A stretch of 64,000 nt of DNA from an uncultured Gemmatimonadaceae bacterium (GCA_963761305.1 CAVXGK010000002.1:32001-96000), one strand, 5' to 3'. Shown: positions 8,775-19,173, counted from the first letter of the stretch. Notes: generated from the letters alone by a model not told the origin. Program-made: numbers and translations.

Positions 8775-9083
8775 CAAAGGGCGAAGATAACAAAGGGCGA
8801 AGATAACAAAGAGCGAGGATAACAAAGGGCGAAGATAACAAAGGGCGAGGATAACAAAGAGCGAGGATAACAGAGGGCGAAACTGCCAAAGGGCGAAGCT
8901 AACAAAGAGCGAAGGTGACGAACGGCGAGAACGGCGTAAGGCGCCCCGTCGCCTCTGGATTCGCAGTCCTCGCAGTCCTCGCAGTCCTCGCAGTCTTGGC
9001 TGTTCTCGGAGTTTGTCACCTTCGCTGTTCGTTAGTTTCGGAGTTTGTCACTTTCGGGGTTTGTTACCTTCGCTTTTAGTCAG
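8739..9083. mobile_element. Gene-less fold-back copy of the 16-mer element: forward array x12, (TCGCAGTCC)x4 core, inverted array x5
   Basis: Forward units 8739-8930, 9-mers 8961-8996, inverted units 9004-9083. Inner junctions resemble those of element A. The repeats are certain; mobility is inferred. Confidence 0.7.
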
Positions 9084-9087
9084 GGCT

Positions 9088-10617
9088 ATGTCGACAATGT
9101 CTCGTCAGTCCCCCGCAGACCTGTCTCCCGATGAGTTCCGGGCCGCCGGCAAGGCGTTGGTCGACCGGCTCGCCGATTTTCTGGCCACGATTCGAGATCA
9201 GCCCGTCGCGCCGAATACGACTCCTGCGTCGGTGCGCGATCGAATCGCCGGGCTCGATCCGGTTCCGCTGAAGGGCTCCCCCGCTGGCGAGGTTCTCGCG
9301 CATGCGTCGGACGTGATGCTGTCCGGGTCGACGCTGAACGGGCATCCGCGGTTCTTTGGGTACATCACGTCTTCGGCGTCGCCGATCGGGGCGCTGGCCG
9401 ATCTGCTGGCGGCGGCCGTGAATCCGAATTGTGGCGCGTGGGCGCTGTCTCCGATCGCCACCGAGATCGAGAAGCAAACGATTCGCTGGGTCGCGGAGCT
9501 GATCGGTTATCCGACGGACTGCGGTGGCATTCTGGTGAGCGGCGGCAACGTGGCGAATCTCGCGTGCTTCGTGGCCGCCACGCGTGCGCAGTCGTCGTCC
9601 GATCTGCGCGCGCACGGCGTGTCGGGCTCGGAACGGCTGCTCGTGTACGCGTCGGCCGAGGTGCACACGTGGCTGGAGAAGGCCCTCGACATCTGCGGGC
9701 TGGGTCTCGACTCGCTGCGCTCGATTCCGGTCGACCACACGCGCGCGATGAACACCGAGGCGTTGCGCGAGCAGATCGAGCGCGATCGTCGCGACGGGCT
9801 GCGGCCGGCGATCGTCGTCGGCACGGCGGGGTCGGTAAGCACGGGCGCGATCGATCCGCTGCGCGAGATCGCCGCGATCGCCAAAGAGAACGATCTATGG
9901 TTCCACGTCGACGGCGCGTACGGCGCGCCGGCGGCGATTCTTCGCGATGCGCCGATCGAGTTGCGCGCCATGGCGCTGGCCGATTCGCTGGCCGTGGATC
10001 CGCACAAATGGCTGTACGCTCCGCTCGAGGCGGGGTGTGCGCTCGTGAGACGCCCCGCGGCGCTGCACGACGCGTTCGCTTTCCATCCCCCGTACTACAC
10101 GTTCGAGGGCGACGTCCAGGATCCTCCGACCAACTTCCATGAGTGGGGACCGCAGAACTCGCGCGGGTTCCGGGCGCTCAAGGTCTGGACGACCATCCAG
10201 CAGGTGGGGCGGGAAGGGTATGAGCGGATGATCGGCGACGACATCACGCTGTCGATGCTCATGCACCGGCTGGCCGACGAGCACGAGGAGCTCGAGCCGC
10301 TCACGCAATCGCTCAGTATCAGCACGTTTCGTTACGTCCCGGCGGATCTGGCCGGCCGGTCCGACGCCGCCGAGTACCTCAATGAACTGAACAGCACGCT
10401 GCTGGCGCGGATTCAGGCGGATGGGACGGCCTATCTGTCCAACGCGGTCATCGAGGGGGTCTTTGCGTTGCGTGCGTGCATCGTGAACTTTCGGACGACA
10501 GAAGAGGACGTGCGGCGGACGCTCGCGACGGTGGTGACACTCGGCCGCGCGGCGGACGACGCGTTGCGTCCGGCTGGCCTGCGGGCTCCCATCCGCTCGG
10601 CCGGCGTCGCCCGATAG
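9088..10617 (+). CDS. PLP-dependent group II amino acid decarboxylase
   Basis: HPRFFGY, SGGNVAN, HVDGAYG, DPHKW (PLP lysine) and SRGFRALKVW. Start at ATG 9088 or 9097. Confidence 0.9.
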   Translation: MSTMSRQSPADLSPDEFRAAGKALVDRLADFLATIRDQPVAPNTTPASVRDRIAGLDPVPLKGSPAGEVLAHASDVMLSGSTLNGHPRFFGYITSSASPIGALADLLAAAVNPNCGAWALSPIATEIEKQTIRWVAELIGYPTDCGGILVSGGNVANLACFVAATRAQSSSDLRAHGVSGSERLLVYASAEVHTWLEKALDICGLGLDSLRSIPVDHTRAMNTEALREQIERDRRDGLRPAIVVGTAGSVSTGAIDPLREIAAIAKENDLWFHVDGAYGAPAAILRDAPIELRAMALADSLAVDPHKWLYAPLEAGCALVRRPAALHDAFAFHPPYYTFEGDVQDPPTNFHEWGPQNSRGFRALKVWTTIQQVGREGYERMIGDDITLSMLMHRLADEHEELEPLTQSLSISTFRYVPADLAGRSDAAEYLNELNSTLLARIQADGTAYLSNAVIEGVFALRACIVNFRTTEEDVRRTLATVVTLGRAADDALRPAGLRAPIRSAGVAR

Positions 10618-10622
10618 CGGGC

Positions 10623-10652
10623 GCGCTCCAATCCGAACACATTGGAGCGCTT
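10623..10652 (+). terminator. Perfect 10-bp hairpin after the decarboxylase; possible terminator
   Basis: GCGCTCCAAT-ccgaacac-ATTGGAGCGC, with only a short U tail. Confidence 0.45.
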
Positions 10653-10792
10653 GCACGTAATACATTCGTGAGTCGGCAGTAAGGCGCTTCGCGGCTTCGC
10701 TGTCGACCACCACGAATATCACGAATCGCAGGCTCGAGCGGCCCCCACCCGCCGGCTCGGCATAACCGTTTGTTTTGCCTCTAAACGCTCTA

Positions 10793-12386
10793 ATGATCGG
10801 ACCGCGCCCATTCGGCCGCCGCGCACCGTCGTGGTACATCATCCTCGCGCTCGCCGGGATTTCGGCGACCGCTTGTAGCAAGAAGCAGGGACCGCAGCAG
10901 CGACCAGTCGCCATGGTCGGCGTGATTCCAGCGCGCCGCGCGACTGTTCCATACATCATCGAATCGAACGGCATCGTCACGCCGCTCCAGACGGTGACGG
11001 TGCTGACTCAGGTCGACGGCATCATCCAGTCGGTGGACTTCCGGGAAGGCCAGGAAGTTCGCGTCGGACAGCCGCTCTTCCATATCGATCCGCGGCAATA
11101 CCAGAACGCATACGACCAGGCGCTCGCCATGCTCGCGCGCGACAGCGCGACGTGGGAGAACGCCAAGGCCAACTCGGATCGCTACAAGCAACTGCTCGAC
11201 GCGCGCGTCATCACGTTCCTCGAGACCGAGGCGCAGGTGACCGGCGAAGCGAGCGCGCGCGCCACGTTGCAGGGCGACCACGCGAACATCGCGCAGGCGA
11301 AGCTCAATCTCGACAACACGATCATTCGCGCGCCGATCGCCGGCCGAACGGGCAACCTGCTGGTGAAGCTGGGGAACCTTGTGCGATCGGGCGGCACGAC
11401 GCCGCTCGTGGTGATCAACCAGGTGCGGCCGATCCTCGTGCGATTCGCGATTCCGTCGGCGCAGCTGCCGCTGGTCGTGCAGTACGGCGCGAACGGTGGT
11501 CTGCCCGTCGAGGCGCTGCCGGGCGGTGTGGCACCGCCGACACCTTCGATCGACTCGCTCGCTGCCGCCTCCATGAACCCGGTGGGCGATCCGCCAGGCC
11601 AAGACGGGGGGGGCGGCTCAGCCAGCGCGGGCGGCAGCGGCGGCAGCGGCGGGGGACGCCATAGAGGTGGCGGCGCGGGCGGGGGTGCCTCGGGCGGCCC
11701 GCCGGGTAGCGCGGGCGGTCCTCCGAGCGCGGGAACGGATGGAGCGGGTCCCGGCGCAGTGCCGCAGGGGCATGGGTCCGGGTCGCCGATGCAAGGCGGA
11801 GCCGGAGCCGGGGGCGGGGGCGGGGCCTACTCCGGATCGCAGGGCGTTGGTGCGCTCTCGGCGGCCGGACCAACCACGCCCGTTGGCGAGCGCATGACCG
11901 GCAAACTCTCGTTCATCGACAACGCGATCGATACGTCGACGCAGACCGTGCAGCTCAAGGCGACGTTCGACAACGCAAACGGGCATCTCTGGGCGGGACA
12001 GTTCACGGCGACGTCGCTGCATCTGTTCGACGAAGACAACGCGCTCGTCGTGCCGTCGCAAGCGGTGGTGAGCGGCCAGCGCGGCATGTACGTCTACGTC
12101 GTCGATCAGAGCGACACGGCGCGCCAGCGCGGCGGTGATCGTCGAGCGCACCCAGGACGGCCTCTCGATCATCTCGAATGGAATTCACGAAGGCGATCGC
12201 GTGGTGACCGACGGCCAAATGCGACTCACGCCGGACGCGCCGGTTCGCGTACGCGGACCGAACGACGTTGCCGGCGGCGCGACTGGCAGCCGTCGCGGGC
12301 GTGGCGGCAGAGGTGGTGGTCGCCGCGGCGGTGGCGGCGCATCCGGCGGAGCCGCCGACAGCACGGCAGCGAAACGCGGCGGGTGA
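10793..12386 (+). pseudogene. RND periplasmic adaptor (MdtA-like), frameshifted near 12131 (pseudogene or sequence error)
   Basis: Lipoprotein signal, IRAPIAGRTG and FIDNAID..T.TVQLKA. The conserved tail VIVERT..GI.EGDRVVTDGQ.RL continues in another frame to 12386. Confidence 0.8.
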
Positions 12387-12390
12387 ACGC

Positions 12391-15300
12391 GTGAGCCTCA
12401 CGAGCTTATTCGTGCGGCGGCCGGTCATGACGACGTTGCTCATGATCGGCATCCTGGTGTTCGGCCTCGTGTCGTACCGCAAGTTGCCGGTGAGCGATCT
12501 GCCCACCGTCGACTACCCGACGCTCAACGTCAACGCGAACCTGCCGGGCGCGAGCCCCGAGACGATGGCGGCCACGGTCGCCACGCCGCTCGAAAAGGCC
12601 TTCTCGGCCATCGCCGGCATCGACGAGATCACGTCGAGCTCGAGCCTCGGCGGCACGAACATCACGCTCCAGTTCTCGCTCGACCGCGACGTCGAAGCGG
12701 CGGCGCAGGACGTGAACGCGGCGATCGGCAAGACGCTGCCGTTTCTGCCGTCGACGATTCTCCCGCCGAACTACCACAAGCAAAACCCGGCCGCCGCGCC
12801 GATCCTGAACATCGCGCTCACGTCGAACGTGATGCCGATGACGCAGGTCGACGAGTACGCCGAGACGACGATCGCGCAGCGGTTGTCGATGGTGGAAGGC
12901 GTGGCGCAGGTGGGCGTGTACGGGTCGGCGAAGTACGCGGTGCGCGTGCAGCTCGACCCCGGTGAGCTGGCCACGAAGAACATCGGCGTGTCGCAAGTCG
13001 CGACGGCGATCCGCAACAACAACGTCATGCTGCCGACGGGCGTGCTCTACGGCAAGGAGAACACGCTCACCATCATGGCGACGGGGCAGCTGAACAACGC
13101 GGCCGATTTCCGGCAGCTCATCATCGCCTACAAGAACGGCGCGGCGGTGCGGCTCGGCGACGTCGCCAACGTGCTCGACGACATCCAGAACAACAAGAAC
13201 GTGAGTTGGTTCGACAACGAGCGGTCCGTGAACCTGATGGTCATGCGGCAGCCCGGAACCAACACGGTGGAGGTCGCGCAGCGGGTGAAGGACGCGCTGG
13301 CCGAGATCGAGCGGGGACTCCCCGCGACGCTCAAGGTCCGCACGCAGTACGACCGGTCGATCTCGATCAACAACGCCGTCGCCGACGTGAAGTTCTCGCT
13401 GGTGATCGCGCTGGTGCTCGTGGTGCTGGTGATCTTCTTCTTCCTGCGCAGCGTCGTGGCCACGATCATCCCGAGCCTCACGTTGCCGATGTCGATCATC
13501 GGCACGTTCTCGGTGATGCAGATGCTCGACTTCAGCGTCGACAACCTGTCGCTGATGGCGCTCACGCTCGCCGTGGGCTTCGTGGTGGACGACGCGATCG
13601 TGATGCTCGAGAACATCGTGCGGCACCTGGAGATGGGGAAAACGCCGATGCAAGCCGCGCTCGACGGCGCGGCCGAGGTGGGCTTCACGATTCTGTCGAT
13701 GACGCTGTCGCTGGCCGCGGTGTTCATCCCGCTGATGTTCATGGGCGGCATCATCGGCCGCCTGTTCCGCGAGTTCGCGATCACGATCAGCGTGGCGATC
13801 CTTGTATCGGGGCTCGTGTCGCTGACACTGACGCCGATGCTCTGCAGCCGGCTGCTCCAGTCGGATCACGGCGAGGTGAAGCACGGCAGTTGGTTCGGGT
13901 GGACGGAGAACCTCTTCAACGCGTCGCTGCGCGGCTACGAACGCAGCCTCGAGTGGGTGATGCGCCACCGTCCGGTGACGCTCGTGTTCTCGGCGATCAT
14001 TCTCGCCGCGACGGGGCTGCTCTGGACGGTCATTCCGAAGGGCCTCTTCCCGCCGGACGACACGGGCTCCATCAGCGCGACGGCGGAAGCGGCGCAGGGC
14101 ACGTCGTTCATCGAGATGCTGCGCTACACCCAGCTCGCGTCGGCGCGGCTGGCCAAGGACACGAACGTCGCGTCGTACACGGCGAACATCGGGAGCTTCG
14201 GCGGCTCGTCGAACCAGGCGCAGTTCAACATCACGCTCAAGCCGGCGGGCCAACGCCCGTCGGCCGACGACATGGTGCACGAGCTGACGCGCCAGATGGC
14301 GGGCATCCCGGGACTTCAGATCTTCGTCACGAACCCACCGGCGATCCGCATCGGCGGACGCGGGTCGAAGTCGTCGTATCAGTACACGCTGCGCGGTCCG
14401 GATATCACCACGCTTTACGACGAAGCCAACAAGCTGATGACGCGGCTGCAGGACGACCCGCTGCTCAACAGCGTGACGTCGGACCTGCTCAACCGCAGCC
14501 CGATCCTGCGCGTGCACATCGACCGCGAGCGCGCGCTGACACTCGGGGTGTCGCCGAGCGCGATCGAGAACGCGCTGGCGAACGCGTATAATCAGCAACA
14601 AGTGTCGACGATCTTCACGCCGACGAACGAGTACTGGGTGGTGATGGAGACCGTGCCGAGCGCCCAGCTCGACGCGTCGGCGCTGGAGCACTTCTTCGTG
14701 CCGGGGACGAACGGCGCGCAGGTTCCGCTCACCGACGTCGCGTACTTCGAGACGACGACGGGTCCGTTGAGCGTCGCGCACTCCGGGCAGATGGCGTCGG
14801 TGACGATCTCGTTCAATCTCGCGCCGGGCGTGGCGCTGGGCGCGGCAACGGACGAGGTGAATCGCATCGCGCGCCAGTCGCTGCCGGCGACGATCACGGG
14901 CGGCTTCGCGGGCACCGCGCAGGCGTTCCAGGATTCGCAGCGCGGCATGGGGCTGCTGCTGCTGATCACGGTGTTCATCATCTACATCATTCTCGGGATT
15001 CTGTACGAGAGCTTCATCCACCCGGTCACGATTCTCACCGGGTTGCCGTTCGCGGCGTTCGGCGCGCTGTTCGCGCTGTATCTGGCGCACGTCGAGCTCG
15101 GCGTGTACGGCTACGTGGGCATCATCATGCTGATCGGGATCGTGAAGAAGAACGCGATCATGATGATCGACTTCGCGATCGAGCGGGAACGGAACGAACA
15201 CGTGTCGCCGGCCAAGGCGATCGTCGAGGCGGCCAGCGTGCGATTCCGGCCGATCATGATGACGACGGTGTCGGCGATCGCCGGCACGCTGCCGATCGCG

Positions 15301-15504
15301 ATCGGCGTCGGCGCCAGCGCCGCGTCACGCCGCCCGTTGGGCGTGGCGGTCGTGGGCGGGTTGGCATTCTCGCAGGTGGTCACGTTGTACGTGACGCCCG
15401 TTTTCTATACGTACTTCGATGAGTTGCAGGCCTGGTTGGGTCGGAGAGCGCGACAAGCCGTCGGCGACGTCGCGCCCGAACCGCTCCCGGCGGCGGGCGA
15501 CTAA
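12391..15504 (+). CDS. RND efflux permease (MdtB/MdtC-like)
   Basis: FVRRPVMTTL, GFVVDDAIV, GIVKKNAIMMIDF and RFRPIMMTT. GTG start at 12391. Confidence 0.92.
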   Translation: MSLTSLFVRRPVMTTLLMIGILVFGLVSYRKLPVSDLPTVDYPTLNVNANLPGASPETMAATVATPLEKAFSAIAGIDEITSSSSLGGTNITLQFSLDRDVEAAAQDVNAAIGKTLPFLPSTILPPNYHKQNPAAAPILNIALTSNVMPMTQVDEYAETTIAQRLSMVEGVAQVGVYGSAKYAVRVQLDPGELATKNIGVSQVATAIRNNNVMLPTGVLYGKENTLTIMATGQLNNAADFRQLIIAYKNGAAVRLGDVANVLDDIQNNKNVSWFDNERSVNLMVMRQPGTNTVEVAQRVKDALAEIERGLPATLKVRTQYDRSISINNAVADVKFSLVIALVLVVLVIFFFLRSVVATIIPSLTLPMSIIGTFSVMQMLDFSVDNLSLMALTLAVGFVVDDAIVMLENIVRHLEMGKTPMQAALDGAAEVGFTILSMTLSLAAVFIPLMFMGGIIGRLFREFAITISVAILVSGLVSLTLTPMLCSRLLQSDHGEVKHGSWFGWTENLFNASLRGYERSLEWVMRHRPVTLVFSAIILAATGLLWTVIPKGLFPPDDTGSISATAEAAQGTSFIEMLRYTQLASARLAKDTNVASYTANIGSFGGSSNQAQFNITLKPAGQRPSADDMVHELTRQMAGIPGLQIFVTNPPAIRIGGRGSKSSYQYTLRGPDITTLYDEANKLMTRLQDDPLLNSVTSDLLNRSPILRVHIDRERALTLGVSPSAIENALANAYNQQQVSTIFTPTNEYWVVMETVPSAQLDASALEHFFVPGTNGAQVPLTDVAYFETTTGPLSVAHSGQMASVTISFNLAPGVALGAATDEVNRIARQSLPATITGGFAGTAQAFQDSQRGMGLLLLITVFIIYIILGILYESFIHPVTILTGLPFAAFGALFALYLAHVELGVYGYVGIIMLIGIVKKNAIMMIDFAIERERNEHVSPAKAIVEAASVRFRPIMMTTVSAIAGTLPIAIGVGASAASRRPLGVAVVGGLAFSQVVTLYVTPVFYTYFDELQAWLGRRARQAVGDVAPEPLPAAGD

Positions 15505-15651
15505 AAGCAACGGAACGGTTTTTTTGGGACAGCCGCTCGGGAAGCTTCCGGGTTGAGGGGTGAATCGTTTCGACCGGTGGCATCCCGAGCGTCAGTTCCA
15601 AAAAGCATTCCTCCCGGCTCGTTGCGAACGGAGCGAACCCGATCGAGGGAC

Positions 15652-15760
15652 CATCCGCGTCATCTGCGTCAATCTGCGTTCATCCGCGTTGAGTAGTTGC
15701 AGTTGGCAGTTGCAGTTGCAATTGGCCGTTGGCAGTTGCAGTTGGCAATTGGAGTTGTAG
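15652..15760 (+). repeat. Composite short tandem repeats: about 4 ATCYGCGT-type 9-10-mers followed by GCAGTT(G) 6/7-mers
   Basis: catccgcgt catctgcgtc aatctgcgtt catccgcgtt, then gttgcagttggcagttgcagttgcaattgg... Confidence 0.8.
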
Positions 15761-15788
15761 TGAATGACTTACCCTATCGAGTAGTTCG

Positions 15789-18700
15789 ATGAATTTCACG
15801 ACGTTGTTCATTAAACGGCCGGTAATGACCACGCTGGTCATGGTCGGCATTCTCGTCTTCGGCATCGTCGCGTACCGGCAGTTGGCGGTGAGCGATCTGC
15901 CGAACGTCGACTTTCCGACGATCACGGTCAGCGCCTCGTTGCCGGGCACCAGCCCGCAGACGATGGCTGCGACGGTGGCGACGCCGCTCGAGAAGCAGTT
16001 CTCGACGATCGCCGGCATCGACAACATGACGTCGACGTCGAGCCTCGGGACGACGCAGATCGTCATCCAGTTCGCGCTCGACCGGAACATCGACGCGGCC
16101 GCGCAGGACGTGAACGCGGCGATCGCGCAGACGAGTCGCCAACTGCCGCAGGGCATCATCCCGCCGTCGTACCAGAAGACGAACCCGGCGGACGCGCCAA
16201 TTTTGACATTGGCGCTCACATCGAACGAAGTCCCGCTCTCGACGCTCGACGAATACGGCGAGACGACGCTGGCGCAGCGGCTCTCTATGGTTGGAGGGGT
16301 CGCGCAAGTTCTGGTGTACGGCACGCAGAAGTACGCCGTCCGCATCCAGCTCGACCCGGGGCAGCTCGCCTCGCGCAGCATCGCGCTCGAGGACATCGCG
16401 ACGGCGATCACGAGTCAGAACGTCAATCTGCCGACCGGCGTGCTCTGGGGCCCGCGCACGGCGCTCACGGTACAGGCGACGGGCCAGCTCGACAACGCGA
16501 GCGAATTCTCCGACATGATCGTCGCCTATCGGAACGGTGCGCCGGTGCACCTCAACGAGATCGGCAAGATCACCGACGACGTTCAGAACAACAAAACCGC
16601 CAGCTGGTACAACGGCGAGCGGTCGATCGTGCTGGCCATTCAGCGCCAACCGGGCACGAACACGGTAGACGTCGCGAACAAGGTGAAAACGGCGCTCGGC
16701 AAACTTTCAGCGGAGATTCCGCCGGCCGTCCACGTCGACACGCTCTACGACCGCTCGGCCACGATCAAGGCGTCGGTCGACGACGTGACGTTCACGCTCG
16801 AGCTGACGCTCGGCCTCGTCGTGCTGGTGATCTTCCTGTTCCTGCGGAACTGGTCGGCGACGATCATCCCGAGCCTCGCGCTGCCGATGTCGATCATCGG
16901 CACGTTCTCGGTGATGTACCTGTTGCACTACAGTCTCGACAACCTGTCGCTCATGGCGCTCACGCTCGCCGTGGGCTTCGTGGTCGACGACGCGATCGTG
17001 ATGCTCGAGAACATCGTCCGCCATCTCGAGATGGGAAAAGATCGGATGACGGCGGCGATCGAGGGGGCGGCGGAAGTCGGCTTCACGATCCTCTCGATGA
17101 CGTTCTCGCTGGCCGCGGTCTTCATCCCCTTCCTGTTCATGGGGGGGATCATCGGCAAGCTGTTCCACGAGTTCGCGGTCACGATCGGCGTGGCGATCCT
17201 TGTGTCGGGCTTCGTGTCGCTGACGCTCACGCCGATGTTGTCGAGCCGATTCCTCAAGTCGGATCACGGCAAGGAACACGGCGCGCTCTACAAGATGAGC
17301 GAGCGCTTCTTCGACGCGTGGCTCGGACTCTACGAGCGCACGCTCGCCTGGGTCATGGAACGGCGGCCGCTCACGTTGGCGTTTTCGTTCGTCATTCTCG
17401 TGGCGACGGCGTACCTCTTCTGGTCGACGCCCAAGGGACTGTTCCCGACGGACGACACCGGACAGCTGCTCGCGACGACCGAAGCTTCCGAGGGCGTGTC
17501 GTACGACGCGCTGGTGCAGCACCAGCAGGAAGTCGCGGCGGCGGTGACGAAGGATCCCGACGTGCTGTCGGTGACGTCGTCGGTCGGCACGACGGCGGCG
17601 GCGAACCAGGGGCAGCTCACGATCGACCTCAAGCCGATCGACCAGCGCAAACGCAGCGCCGACCAGATCGCGCGCGACCTCACGAAGTCGGTGGCGAGCG
17701 TCCCTGACATCAACACGTTCATCCAGAATCCGCCGGCGATCTCGATCGGCGGTCTGGCGTCGAAGAGCTTGTACCAGTACACGCTCCAGAGCGGCGACAT
17801 GAACGCGCTCAACACGTCGGCGCGCCAGATGGAAACGCGCATGCGGAGTCTGCCCGGGCTCATCGACGTGACGAGCGACCTGCTGATCGAGAATCCGCAG
17901 GTCACGGTCGACATCAACCGCGAGGCCGCCGGGGAGCTCGGCGTGTCGGCGAGTGAGATCGAGAACACGCTCTACGACGCGTTCGGCCAGCGCCAGGTGT
18001 CCACGATCTATACGTCGACGAACGAGTATTGGGTGGTGATGGAGCTGTTGCCCGAGTACCAGCAGGACGCCGACGCGCTGGGAAAGCTGTGGGTTCGCTC
18101 GACGCGCGGGCCGCTCGTTCCGCTCAGCACCGTGGCGGCGTTCCGCTATTCGGTGGGTCCGGTCACCGTGAACCACTCGGGACAGCTGCCGTCGGTAACG
18201 GTCTCGTTCAACCTCGCGCCGGGCACGTCACTCGGCACGGCGCTCAAGGAAATCCAGCAGACCGCGGCCGACGTGCTGCCCAACACGGTGGCGGCGAGCT
18301 TCTCGGGGATCGCCGAAGCGTTCGTGACGACGCAGCAGGGCCTCGTGATGCTGATGCTGCTGGCGATTTTCGTCATCTACGTGATTCTGGGCGTGCTCTA
18401 CGAGAGCTTCATCCATCCGATCACGATTCTCACCGGCCTGCCGTTCGCCGCGTTCGGCGCGCTGGTGACGCTGATTCTCGTCGGGCTCGATCTCGACATC
18501 TATGGATTCGTCGGGATCATCATGCTCATCGGTATCGTCGAGAAGAACGCGATCATGATGATCGACTTCGCGATCGAGGCGCAGCGCGAGAAGAAGCGCA
18601 CGCCGGCCGAGGCGATTCTCGAGGCGGCGAGCGTACGGTTCCGGCCGATCATGATGACGACGATGGCGGCGCTCATGGGCGCCGTACCGATCGCGGTCGG

Positions 18701-18902
18701 GTGGGGCGCGGGTGCGTCGACGCGGCGGCCGCTCGGCGTCGCGGTGGTTGGTGGACTGGCGTTCTCGCAGCTCGTGACGTTGTACGTCACGCCCGTGTTC
18801 TATACGTACCTCGACGAGTGGCAACAGTGGTTCTCGCGGAAGAAGGCGAAGAGCGAGGCGGGGCAGATCGTGGGGGCGCCGGAGCCGGCTACGGGCGACT
18901 GA
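15789..18902 (+). CDS. RND efflux permease (MdtB/MdtC-like), paralog of the upstream gene
   Basis: Same motifs, colinear with 12391-15504. Confidence 0.92.
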   Translation: MNFTTLFIKRPVMTTLVMVGILVFGIVAYRQLAVSDLPNVDFPTITVSASLPGTSPQTMAATVATPLEKQFSTIAGIDNMTSTSSLGTTQIVIQFALDRNIDAAAQDVNAAIAQTSRQLPQGIIPPSYQKTNPADAPILTLALTSNEVPLSTLDEYGETTLAQRLSMVGGVAQVLVYGTQKYAVRIQLDPGQLASRSIALEDIATAITSQNVNLPTGVLWGPRTALTVQATGQLDNASEFSDMIVAYRNGAPVHLNEIGKITDDVQNNKTASWYNGERSIVLAIQRQPGTNTVDVANKVKTALGKLSAEIPPAVHVDTLYDRSATIKASVDDVTFTLELTLGLVVLVIFLFLRNWSATIIPSLALPMSIIGTFSVMYLLHYSLDNLSLMALTLAVGFVVDDAIVMLENIVRHLEMGKDRMTAAIEGAAEVGFTILSMTFSLAAVFIPFLFMGGIIGKLFHEFAVTIGVAILVSGFVSLTLTPMLSSRFLKSDHGKEHGALYKMSERFFDAWLGLYERTLAWVMERRPLTLAFSFVILVATAYLFWSTPKGLFPTDDTGQLLATTEASEGVSYDALVQHQQEVAAAVTKDPDVLSVTSSVGTTAAANQGQLTIDLKPIDQRKRSADQIARDLTKSVASVPDINTFIQNPPAISIGGLASKSLYQYTLQSGDMNALNTSARQMETRMRSLPGLIDVTSDLLIENPQVTVDINREAAGELGVSASEIENTLYDAFGQRQVSTIYTSTNEYWVVMELLPEYQQDADALGKLWVRSTRGPLVPLSTVAAFRYSVGPVTVNHSGQLPSVTVSFNLAPGTSLGTALKEIQQTAADVLPNTVAASFSGIAEAFVTTQQGLVMLMLLAIFVIYVILGVLYESFIHPITILTGLPFAAFGALVTLILVGLDLDIYGFVGIIMLIGIVEKNAIMMIDFAIEAQREKKRTPAEAILEAASVRFRPIMMTTMAALMGAVPIAVGWGAGASTRRPLGVAVVGGLAFSQLVTLYVTPVFYTYLDEWQQWFSRKKAKSEAGQIVGAPEPATGD

Positions 18903-18913
18903 GACTTACAAAA

Positions 18914-19173
18914 ACGGCGATTGGGTCGCGGCCACTCTGAGGTTTGTCTCGCCGGTTCGACGTCGCGGTGCGCGCTCGACGTCTGACGTCAGATTTCAGA
19001 CGTCAGACGTCAGACCCTGCGGTTGGCCGGTGAGTCTTCGCGTCAGGGCGGAATCGGACCGCGTCGCGCCGGGTCTGACGTCTGATATCAGACCTCTGAC
19101 GTCCGACTTCGAGCCTGCAGCCGTACCATCCACTCCAAGACAGACCTCAGAGTGGCCGCGATCCGACCGTCGT
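18914..19173. mobile_element. Gene-less fold-back copy of the 7-mer element with 36-bp terminal inverted repeats and inner (GTCAGAC)n arrays
   Basis: 18914-18949 is inverted to 19138-19173 (5 mismatches) and 18974-19016 is inverted to 19072-19114. Both arms match the flanks of the 46.5-kb four-helix-bundle gene. Mobility is inferred. Confidence 0.75.

Noticed and set aside
8435..9019. ORF with DCE and CYPRSLLSSPF repeats as a real protein
   Set aside because: It is the translation of the DNA repeat arrays, antisense to the kinase.
4021..9083. 16-mer arrays as CRISPR arrays
   Set aside because: Units are contiguous with no unique spacers and are too short, and no cas genes were seen.
12406..15201. 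Long antisense and alternate-frame ORFs (also 16707-18176, 32712-35492, 44978-46498)
   Set aside because: Shadow ORFs of GC-rich genes, Arg/His-rich and without recognisable motifs.
18530..18560. GIVEKNA versus GIVKKNA as an inactivated RND pump
   Set aside because: The Lys directly before Asn (proton-relay position) and the VDD motif are retained.
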